Of a stretch of 64,000 bases of DNA, positions 56,509 through 64,000 are shown in pieces; the stretch's first letter is position 1, and every line of letters begins with the position of its first letter. Location: NCBI GenBank assembly GCA_963695435.1, contig OY968788.1, forward strand, positions 54,781 to 118,780. Direction: 5' to 3'. Source of the DNA: an uncultured bacterium. Its GTDB lineage: Bacteria > Patescibacteriota > Kazan-3B-28. Under the pieces are notes generated by a model that worked only from the letters and a program-made list of their open reading frames with translations, made no database searches and was not told the DNA's origin. A program made the translations under genes and the position numbers.

Positions 56509-56831
56509 GTACAAGTTTGAATGTAAAAATCGTTGTCTTTGTTCCAGAATCACATGTCGATGCGGTGCGTGAAGCAATGGCGGAGGCAGGGGCTGGGAAG
56601 ATTGGCAATTATACTGGTTGCAGTTTTTCTTCCAAGGGTGTTGGTAGGTTTTTGCCACAGGTAGGTGCTCATCCAGCAATCGGTGAAGTAGGCAAAGTGG
56701 AAGCCGTGGAAGAAGAGCGCATCGAAGCAGTATGTGCAAGAGAAGTTTTAGACGAAGTTATCAAGGCTATTAAAGTAGTGCACCCTTATGAAGAGGTTGC
56801 GATGGACGTATATCCGTTAGAAGAATATTAA
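56505..56831 (+). CDS. Small alpha/beta protein (PII-like / Nif3-insert-like fold, COG3323-type) inserted between grpE and dnaK
   Basis: KIVVFVPESHVDAVREAMAEAGAGKIGNY....HPYEEVA is reminiscent of standalone Nif3-insert/PII-like proteins. The start overlaps the grpE stop. Confidence 0.4.
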   Translation: MSTSLNVKIVVFVPESHVDAVREAMAEAGAGKIGNYTGCSFSSKGVGRFLPQVGAHPAIGEVGKVEAVEEERIEAVCAREVLDEVIKAIKVVHPYEEVAMDVYPLEEY

Positions 56832-56842
56832 ACAAATAAATT

Positions 56843-58765
56843 ATGAGTAAAATTATTGGGATTGATTTGGGGACAACAAACTCTGCCGCGGCAGTGATGC
56901 GCGGTGGAAAGCCTGAAATTATTCCGTCATCTGAAGGTGGACGAACTGTGCCGTCTGTGGTGGCAGTGAATAAAAATGGCGAAGTTTTGGTCGGGCAAGT
57001 TGCCAAACGGCAGGCTGTAACAAATGCTGAAAATACAGTTTATTCTGCCAAGCGGTTTATCGGGCGCAGATTTAGTGATGCTTCGGTGCAGGCGGATGCT
57101 AAGACAATGCCATTCAAAGTGGAAGAATCTTCCAATGGCGGGGTGGTGTTTGTGATGGGTGATAGAAATTGGCAACCGGCAGAAATTTCGGCTAAAGTTT
57201 TGCAGAAGATTAAAAGAGATGCGGAAAGTTTCTTGGGTGAACCTGTGACAGAAGCGGTGATTACCGTTCCTGCCTATTTTGACGATTCACAAAGACAAGC
57301 CACTAAGGATGCGGGAAAGATTGCAGGATTGGATGTAAAAAGAATTATTAACGAACCAACCGCGGCCACTTTGGCGTACGGCTTGGATAAGAAAAAGAAC
57401 GAAAAGGTTGCCATCTATGACTTAGGTGGTGGAACTTTTGACATCTCTATCTTGGAGATTGGAGATAGTGAAGGAGAATCCGTTTTCGAAGTGAAGGCGA
57501 CCAATGGCGACACGCACTTGGGCGGAGATGACTTTGACCAAAAGATTATCGATTGGATTGTTGAGGAATTCAAGAAAGATCAAGGCGTAGATTTGCGGGA
57601 GGACAAATTGGCGATTCAGCGATTGAAAGAAGCGGCGGAAAAAGCTAAGCACGAACTTTCAACTGCGTCCGAGACGGAAATAAATATTCCGTTCGTAACA
57701 GCAGATGCTAACGGTCCAAAACATTTGACGATGAAATTGACCCGCGCACAGTTGGAACAATTAGTAGTAGACTTGATTGACCGCACTATTGAGCCAATGA
57801 AAAAAGCAGTCGCTGATTCAGGATTAGCATTGTCCGATATTGATGAAGTAATTTTGGTGGGTGGACAAACTCGCATGCCTGCCGTGCAGGAAGCGGTACG
57901 AAAATTCTTCGGCAAAGAGCCAAACCAAAGCGTGAACCCAGATGAAGCGGTTGCTTTGGGTGCGGCTATTCAAGGCGGTGTGTTGCAGGGTGACGTGAAA
58001 GATATTCTGCTTCTGGATGTGACGCCGCTATCTTTGGGCTTGGAAACTTTGGGTGGAGTAGCGACTAAACTAATTGAACGCAATACAACTATTCCAACTA
58101 GCAAATCACAAACATTTTCTACGGCGGCGGATAATCAGCCGAGTGTGGAAGTGCATATCGTACAAGGTGAACGGGAAATGGCATCAGACAACAAGTCTCT
58201 CGGAAGATTTGTGTTGGACGGCATTGCACCAGCTCCAAGAGGTTTGCCACAAGTGGAAGTGACATTCGACATTGACGCTAACGGCATTCTGAATGTTCGT
58301 GCCGTAGATAAAGGTACGGGCAAGGAACAACACATTACAATTACTGGTTCTTCGGGACTTTCTAAAGAAGAAGTTGAGCGGATGGCGAAAGAAGCGGAAG
58401 TGCATGCGGCAGAAGACAAGTTGAAGAAAGAAAAGATTGAAGTTCGCAACCAAGCAGATAGTCTTATCTATGCTTCAGAAAAAGCGCTGAAAGATGCGGG
58501 TGATAAAGTGGATACCGCTACTAAGGGACAAATTGAAGACAGGGTAAAAGCGGTAAAGGATGCGCTGGAAAAGGATGATACGGAAGCGATCAAAAAAGCC
58601 ACCAGTGAATTATCGGAAGTGATTCAGAAGATTGGGCAGGCGGTTTATGGTGCACAACAAGGTGCAAAACCCGATGACAGCCAAGGCAGTCAACCGGGCA
58701 GGGATGCGGATTTTACGCAGGAACCTTCACAAAATAACGAGGATACTGGAAACGAGACGAAATAA
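56843..58765 (+). CDS. dnaK: Chaperone DnaK (Hsp70)
   Basis: [14 protein letters not shown] is present, along with the Hsp70 signatures DLGGGTFD and [11 protein letters not shown]. Confidence 0.95.
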   Translation: MSKIIGIDLGTTNSAAAVMRGGKPEIIPSSEGGRTVPSVVAVNKNGEVLVGQVAKRQAVTNAENTVYSAKRFIGRRFSDASVQADAKTMPFKVEESSNGGVVFVMGDRNWQPAEISAKVLQKIKRDAESFLGEPVTEAVITVPAYFDDSQRQATKDAGKIAGLDVKRIINEPTAATLAYGLDKKKNEKVAIYDLGGGTFDISILEIGDSEGESVFEVKATNGDTHLGGDDFDQKIIDWIVEEFKKDQGVDLREDKLAIQRLKEAAEKAKHELSTASETEINIPFVTADANGPKHLTMKLTRAQLEQLVVDLIDRTIEPMKKAVADSGLALSDIDEVILVGGQTRMPAVQEAVRKFFGKEPNQSVNPDEAVALGAAIQGGVLQGDVKDILLLDVTPLSLGLETLGGVATKLIERNTTIPTSKSQTFSTAADNQPSVEVHIVQGEREMASDNKSLGRFVLDGIAPAPRGLPQVEVTFDIDANGILNVRAVDKGTGKEQHITITGSSGLSKEEVERMAKEAEVHAAEDKLKKEKIEVRNQADSLIYASEKALKDAGDKVDTATKGQIEDRVKAVKDALEKDDTEAIKKATSELSEVIQKIGQAVYGAQQGAKPDDSQGSQPGRDADFTQEPSQNNEDTGNETK

Positions 58766-58803
58766 CGGCTATGCTGGTGTTGTAGTCTTTTCGGGGAAAG
58801 AGA

Positions 58804-59514
58804 ATGAAGAAAAACAGCAATTTAGCCGCTATTCTAGTGTTGGGTGTCGTCGTAATGATGGCGCTCACGGCTTTGAGTTGCAGACGCGCAACTACTGACA
58901 ATACTGATAACACGGCCAACAACACCATCACCAACGATACTAATACGATTGCCAATAACACAATCGCCAATACGATAGTAGATCAAGGCAGCGGTTTGCC
59001 TGACGCGACCGCGGCAAGATCGGTGTTGCAGGAGGAGCTGAAGCAGGCGACGGCAAAGATAAAAGCGCTGAAGAGTGATGTGGTATTACAGCTAGTGTCG
59101 ATGAAGTTCGTCAATTCGCTGTCGGACTCTTCTGGGTTGGTGACGAATTACTATATTTTCGTTTCTCCGACCGATCCTAGATACTACTATATGGTGAATG
59201 TGCCGCATAACGGAGAAGGTGTCAAAAGATTCTTGATGCCACAGGAAGATATGGAATTGCCATTTAGTTTGATACCGGTTTCGTTCCAGTTCTGGAAATT
59301 GTCTTATGTGGACGCGCTGAAGCTCGCTGAAGAAAATGGCGGAGCGGCGTTTAGAGCCAAGCACTCTAAATTTGAGGCGTCAGTTATCTTAGGTAAACCA
59401 ACCGGACAGTATCTGAATTGGTTTGTTACTTATCGGGCGACTGACGGTTCGGCGGATGTGCTGCAGATATCGATTGACGCGTACGATGGCAAAATACAGA
59501 CTCCGACGACCTAA
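58804..59514 (+). CDS. Hypothetical lipoprotein (signal peptide, lipobox LSC) inserted between dnaK and dnaJ
   Basis: [26 protein letters not shown] is the signal peptide with lipobox. An Asn/Thr-rich linker follows. No domain is recognised. Confidence 0.5.
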   Translation: MKKNSNLAAILVLGVVVMMALTALSCRRATTDNTDNTANNTITNDTNTIANNTIANTIVDQGSGLPDATAARSVLQEELKQATAKIKALKSDVVLQLVSMKFVNSLSDSSGLVTNYYIFVSPTDPRYYYMVNVPHNGEGVKRFLMPQEDMELPFSLIPVSFQFWKLSYVDALKLAEENGGAAFRAKHSKFEASVILGKPTGQYLNWFVTYRATDGSADVLQISIDAYDGKIQTPTT

Positions 59515-59546
59515 AGGATAGAATCCAGAATATAGAATATAGAATC

Positions 59547-60650
59547 ATGGCATTTGATTCGTGGTTTATGAGTGGTAATTATTACGAGATATTGGGTGTA
59601 TCAAAAACTGCTACACCAGATGAACTAAAAAAAGCTTATCGGAAGCTTGCTTTGAAATATCATCCTGACAAAGGGGGTGGGGCGGAGGCAGAAAAGAAAT
59701 TCAAAGAAATAAACGAGGCGTATCAGGTTCTGTCGGACGAAACTAAACGGCGGCAGTACGATCAATACGGCCAAGTGTTTGGCAATGGTCAGCAGGCAGG
59801 GGCGGGATTCGGAGGATTTGATTTTAGTTCTTTTGGCGGAGAAAACTTTGGCGATTTTGGAGATATATTTGAAACATTTTTTGGCGGAGGCGGGAGGAAG
59901 TCCAAGCGGAGCAAGGAAGATATCTTGAGAGGAGAAGACATTGAGCTGGTGATGGAATTGAGTTTTGAGGAGGCGATTTTTGGCGGAGAAAAAACTATTT
60001 TGGTGACACATGAAACTGTTTGTAAAAATTGCAACGGAACCGGCTCATCAACAAAAAAACAAACCACTTGTGCTAAATGCGGAGGAACGGGACGAATTGA
60101 AATCACTCGCCAAACAGTATTTGGCGCAATTCGTCAGTCTCAAACTTGTTCAGTCTGCAAAGGAGCGGGGGAAGTGCCGGAAAAAGAATGTCAGACTTGT
60201 CGCGGAGCGGGACGAGTGCGTCAGCAACGAGAAGTGAAAATAAAAATTCCCGCAGGCATTGATGGAGGACAAACAATTCGGGTGAATAGCGAAGGTAATG
60301 CTGGTAAGCGCGGAGGGAAGTCCGGCGATTTGTATATTACCGTAAAAATCAGACCCAGTCGCGAATATCGGCGTTCGGGCGCGGATTTGTATAAAACAAT
60401 TTCCATACCTTTCACTAAAGTTGTGTTGGGCGGAAGCGTAAAAGTAAATACTTTGTACGGGGAACTGAATGTAAAAATTCCACCTGCAACTAAGGCAGGA
60501 GAAGTTTTGCGGGTGCGCAATTACGGCGTTCCGACAGGAAGCACTAAGGGAAGTTTGTATTTGCAAATGGATATTGACGTTCCCACTAGGTTAACGATTA
60601 AACAACGTAGGTTGCTTCAAGAGCTTGATGGGGAACTAAGAGACAATTAG
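59547..60650 (+). CDS. dnaJ: Chaperone DnaJ
   Basis: The J-domain carries HPD. A G/F region is present. Four CxxCxGxG zinc-finger repeats are present. Confidence 0.9.
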   Translation: MAFDSWFMSGNYYEILGVSKTATPDELKKAYRKLALKYHPDKGGGAEAEKKFKEINEAYQVLSDETKRRQYDQYGQVFGNGQQAGAGFGGFDFSSFGGENFGDFGDIFETFFGGGGRKSKRSKEDILRGEDIELVMELSFEEAIFGGEKTILVTHETVCKNCNGTGSSTKKQTTCAKCGGTGRIEITRQTVFGAIRQSQTCSVCKGAGEVPEKECQTCRGAGRVRQQREVKIKIPAGIDGGQTIRVNSEGNAGKRGGKSGDLYITVKIRPSREYRRSGADLYKTISIPFTKVVLGGSVKVNTLYGELNVKIPPATKAGEVLRVRNYGVPTGSTKGSLYLQMDIDVPTRLTIKQRRLLQELDGELRDN

Positions 60651-60666
60651 TTTTTTATTTTCTTTT

Positions 60667-60860
60667 TAAGCGCTCGCGCCGCGCTTAGACTGGCGGTGTC
60701 TTTTCTAGAAAAGACACCCAAAAGTCCCCGCCAGTCGCTTTCGCTATTCATCTAATAAAATTAACTTTCTGACTTACAGCGAACTCGCTACGCTCAAACA
60801 GCGCCTTCGTCAGCGCTAATTTTATTGATTCAGTACACTCAAGCTCCAATGGCGGATAGA
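60667..60860 (+). repeat. Intergenic structured repeat element, copy 3 of 3
   Basis: The core 60727-60860 is about 92% identical to 28963-29105. It is preceded by two different hairpins (aagcgctcgcgccgcgctt; ggtgtcttttctagaaaagacacc). Confidence 0.7.
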
Positions 60861-60953
60861 GAAATAATAAAAAATTAGTAAGCTTTACTTTTGGGATTTT
60901 TTCTGGCATGCTGTGGTCAGTTAATTTCCGCCTTAAAAAGCTATTATTAATCT

Positions 60954-61469
60954 ATGGTCCCAAGCTGGGATTTAGTACTGCTGGTATTTGGGGGCGCAAG
61001 TGTCGTCTATTCTTTGATGTTGCGTGAAAAGGTAGTAGTCACCCTGCTTGCTGCCTACGCGGGGATGATAGTGGCTGACAGATGGGGAGGAGCTCTTTAC
61101 CATTTGGTGACTAACCAGAGCGGAGGGGTGCTGAACGAGAAATTCATTAACGGGAATGTATCTGTGCTGACAGTTCAGATAGCGCTATTTGTTATCGTTA
61201 TGCTGGTGATAGCGCTAAGAGGTGGAGTATTGATTCATCCTGATTCAATCGGTAATGGGTTTGTATCTTACGGTGTATTGATGCTTTACGGGTTGCTGAC
61301 GGCGGCATTAATCGGTTCGGCTCTCTTGAGTTTTGTGCCAAAGGAACAGTTGGATATAATTTATTCCAGTTCCAAGATTGCTAAGCAGTTAGTTGATTAT
61401 CAAGCTTGGCTTCTTATTGCGCCTTTAGTTTTGATGTTGATATCGGGTTGGGGACATCGGGGAGAATAA
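60954..61469 (+). CDS. Hypothetical membrane protein (5 transmembrane helices)
   Basis: It is a hydrophobic ORF with no motif. Confidence 0.4.
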   Translation: MVPSWDLVLLVFGGASVVYSLMLREKVVVTLLAAYAGMIVADRWGGALYHLVTNQSGGVLNEKFINGNVSVLTVQIALFVIVMLVIALRGGVLIHPDSIGNGFVSYGVLMLYGLLTAALIGSALLSFVPKEQLDIIYSSSKIAKQLVDYQAWLLIAPLVLMLISGWGHRGE

Positions 61470-61535
61470 TAGACTAATAGACGATAGACTAATAGACAAT
61501 GAGTCCATGGGTCTATGTGTCTATAAGTCTAAATT

Positions 61536-61928
61536 ATGAAAATCCAATTTCTCAATTTGAATGGGGACAGAGTGCCATGGTTGCAGTGGAGCCGGTTTAA
61601 GCGGCGAGAAGAGAGTTTGTTTGTATTTGTTTGGATAGCTGTCATTTTGCATGTGGTTTTCTGGGTGATGTGGCAGTTTTTGATAAAACCATATCCGATA
61701 GCGTTGACCATCCCGATTTCGTTCAGCTTAGGGCCCTTTAGCTTTTTGCAGGACTATTTGTGGCCGTTGAGTAACACTGCGCTTCTGGTGTTGAACACCG
61801 CGCTTGCGTTTAGAATTTACAAAAAAGATATATTTGCCAGTTGGATTTTGATCGGCTCTAGTATATTTCTTCAGGTTCTGCTTTTGGCCATTACATTTTA
61901 TTTAGCTTCGTTTGTAACAGGATTGTAA
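61536..61928 (+). CDS. Hypothetical membrane protein (4 transmembrane helices)
   Basis: It is a hydrophobic ORF immediately upstream of the GT2 gene. Confidence 0.4.
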   Translation: MKIQFLNLNGDRVPWLQWSRFKRREESLFVFVWIAVILHVVFWVMWQFLIKPYPIALTIPISFSLGPFSFLQDYLWPLSNTALLVLNTALAFRIYKKDIFASWILIGSSIFLQVLLLAITFYLASFVTGL

Positions 61929-61930
61929 AA

Positions 61931-63589
61931 ATGTTTAGTAGAAGAACTTATCGTTTTTACGAAATTATTCCAGGTGTCATTACCTGGTCTATTTTACTGT
62001 TGCCGTTTATTTTGGCATGGGTTTGGCCGGTGGGAGTGGCATATTTCATTATTGTTTTTGATACTTACTGGCTTACCAAAGCGCTTTTGATGGGAGGCCA
62101 TTTGGTTTCCGGCTATATGCACATGAAGCGAGTAATGCGGATTGATTGGCTGACCAGGTTGCATCAGTCGGAAGATTTGGGCGGGTTGTCTGATTCGCTG
62201 ATGCGTCAATATTTGTTGGCACGGGGTTTTCAGGCTCGGAAATTGAAAGAGGAGTGGGAACAAGTAGAAAAAATCAAAGGTTTCCCAGATCAGCAAAAAC
62301 GGTGGCAAGAGGTTACCCACGCGGTAATTTACACTATTTACAAAGAAAGCTACGAAGTGGTGGAGGCATCGGTTCGTTCTTGTCTTGAGAGTAATTATCC
62401 CAAAGATAAAATTTTGGTTGTGCTTGGGATGGAAGAAAGGGCGGGGGCAGGAGCGTTGGAGGTGGCGCGAAGGGTGCAGGAAAAATTTGCGGGTGTATTT
62501 ATGGATATGCTCATTTCGGTTCATCCCGACGGGATTGTGGGTGAATTGAAGGCTAAGGGAGCTAACGCGTATCATGCTGGCAAAATGCTGCAGGGGTATA
62601 TAGATGAGCGTGGTATCAAGTATGACAATGTAATAGTTTCCTGTTTTGACTCGGACACGGTTGTGAGTAAACAATATTTTGCCAATGTTACTTACAACTA
62701 CATTTTGATTGCCGAACGAGTATTTCGCAGTTATCAGCCGATTCCTTTGTTCAATAACAACATTTGGGATGTGCCGGCGCTGAACAGGCTGGTGGCATTC
62801 GGCTCGTCCTACTGGCAGATGATTGAATCGACTCGTCCTTATCGCTTGGTGAATTTCTCTTCTCAAGCAATGAGTTTGAAAACATTGGTGGACATCGATT
62901 TTTGGGATAGAAGTGTTGTTTCGGAAGACTCCAAACAGTTTTATCGCGCATATTACCAATACAACGGGAACCACAAAGTTATTCCTATTTTCACGCCGGT
63001 TTCGATGGACGCTGTCTTAGGAAAAACTTATTGGCAAACACTAAAGGCGCAGTACATCCAGAAGCGTCGGTGGGCGTGGGGGATTGAGCATTTTCCTTAT
63101 GTGATGGAAAAGTTTTTCAGCACTCGCCACCAAATGACTTTGTACCAACGCATCATTCATCCGTTCAGAATTTTTGAAGGGCACATTTCTTGGGCGACAT
63201 CATCTTTGTTGATTATGATGGGCGGGTGGTTGCCGATTTTGGTGAACATTGATTTTCGAAGCAGTATCTTGGCGTATCATTTGCCAGTATTGGCGAGAGA
63301 CCTTTTGAGCATTACTTGGGTAGGGATTATTATTTCCACGATCATATCTTTCCAACTGTTGCCCCCGAGACCGGCTAAATACGGCGGGGTGCGGGTGCTG
63401 GAGATGATTCTGCAATGGATTTTGGTGCCTGTCTCGGGAATTATTTTTGGCTCTATCCCGGCGATTGATGCCGAAACTCGGCTGATGTTCGGTAAATACC
63501 TGGGCTTCCATGTGACGGAAAAAGAGCGCAAGACAGAGGTCCCTTCGTCGGTGATAGACAAGCCGACTGTCTCCCAGGTCTCCGTCTGA
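61931..63589 (+). CDS. Family 2 glycosyltransferase, membrane-embedded (cellulose-synthase-like), second copy in the window
   Basis: N-terminal transmembrane helices are present. The GT-A core has FDSDT (DxD). The QxxRW motif is QKRRWAWG. C-terminal transmembrane helices are present. Confidence 0.7.
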   Translation: MFSRRTYRFYEIIPGVITWSILLLPFILAWVWPVGVAYFIIVFDTYWLTKALLMGGHLVSGYMHMKRVMRIDWLTRLHQSEDLGGLSDSLMRQYLLARGFQARKLKEEWEQVEKIKGFPDQQKRWQEVTHAVIYTIYKESYEVVEASVRSCLESNYPKDKILVVLGMEERAGAGALEVARRVQEKFAGVFMDMLISVHPDGIVGELKAKGANAYHAGKMLQGYIDERGIKYDNVIVSCFDSDTVVSKQYFANVTYNYILIAERVFRSYQPIPLFNNNIWDVPALNRLVAFGSSYWQMIESTRPYRLVNFSSQAMSLKTLVDIDFWDRSVVSEDSKQFYRAYYQYNGNHKVIPIFTPVSMDAVLGKTYWQTLKAQYIQKRRWAWGIEHFPYVMEKFFSTRHQMTLYQRIIHPFRIFEGHISWATSSLLIMMGGWLPILVNIDFRSSILAYHLPVLARDLLSITWVGIIISTIISFQLLPPRPAKYGGVRVLEMILQWILVPVSGIIFGSIPAIDAETRLMFGKYLGFHVTEKERKTEVPSSVIDKPTVSQVSV

Positions 63590-63602
63590 TAGCCCCTATT
63601 GA

Positions 63603-63679
63603 CCCCGTAGAAGAAATTTCATTGGGCTTTCGCCTTTATATCCCTCTTGAGGGGGATATATGAAATTTTCTCTACGGGG
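63603..63679. repeat. Conserved long palindromic hairpin (arms ccccgtagaagaaatttcat / atgaaattttctctacgggg), copy 2, abutting the rRNA promoter -35
   Basis: It has the same 20-bp arms as 47153-47217. The loop contains the second palindrome ccctcttgaggggg. Confidence 0.6.
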
Positions 63680-63708
63680 TTGACAGGGGGCAGGGTGGGG
63701 CTTAGAAT
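63680..63708 (+). promoter_or_regulatory. rRNA operon promoter: TTGACA, 17 nt, TAGAAT
   Basis: The sequence ttgacagggggcagggtggggcttagaat lies about 200 nt upstream of the 16S 5' end. Confidence 0.6.
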
Positions 63709-63910
63709 ACTCACTAGAGTTGCATTAATTTTAAAGCTAGGTCGAGGCTATAAAAGCTAAAGGGATTCCGGTTGCCGGAGTCTATCTTTTATTTACCCCT
63801 CCTAGGGCTTTGAGGCAGCTCCTAATCAGTACTTTTACAACCAGAGAGTACTTAGAGAGCAAATAGTGAATTCAAGAATAAAATTCCAGAAGTGGAATAA
63901 AAATATACTT

Positions 63911-64000
63911 TTTTGAGAGTTTGATCCTAGCTCAGGATTAACGCTGGCGGCATGCCTAACACATGCAAGTCGAATGGCCCGCAAGGGTACCATGGCGAAC
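63911..64000 (+). rRNA. rrs: 16S ribosomal RNA, 5' end (partial; continues beyond the window)
   Basis: The sequence tttgagagtttgatcctagctcaggattaacgctggcggcatgcctaacacatgcaagtcgaa matches the universal 16S 5' region (the 27F primer site). Confidence 0.9.

Overview
This 64-kb window looks like a small, gene-dense bacterial chromosome segment, probably a Patescibacteria/CPR-type organism. That is inferred from gene content alone: tandem VirB2/TrbC-like pilins, several large surface proteins with Ig-like repeats, short forms of housekeeping proteins, a lysine-rich sigma-70 N-terminus, and little metabolism. The genetic code is standard (TGA is a stop). Most coding capacity is informational or housekeeping: tadA, galU, hsp20, trpS, leuS, dnaE, rplS, rnhB, yraN, nusA, clpC, yacL, ychF, efp, rpsF-ssb-rpsR, dnaG-rpoD, dus, rluB, tilS-ftsH, murJ, lepA and hrcA-grpE-dnaK-dnaJ. 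The 5' end of a 16S rRNA gene sits at the right edge. There are 10 clear tRNA genes plus one atypical tRNA-like gene. No complete mobile element, CRISPR array or recognisable defence system is visible. What stands out is an unusual density of repeated intergenic elements:
- a family of conserved 3' trailer elements behind at least six tRNAs;
- a three-copy ~200-nt element with compensatory stem changes;
- a conserved ~70-bp hairpin abutting the -35 boxes of the rRNA promoter and a second, inferred promoter for the initiator tRNA-Met.
Other observations: tRNA-modifying enzymes encoded next to their substrate tRNAs (tadA with tRNA-Arg ACG; tilS with three CAU tRNAs), a frameshifted yacL, insertions inside the hrcA-grpE-dnaK-dnaJ operon, and a GC-rich foreign-looking ORF. 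There is also a cytoplasmic trypsin-like protease with a small partner at a tRNA-Ser boundary, and a nucleotidyltransferase followed by a polytopic membrane-protein pair. Coordinates of starts are approximate where alternative start codons exist.
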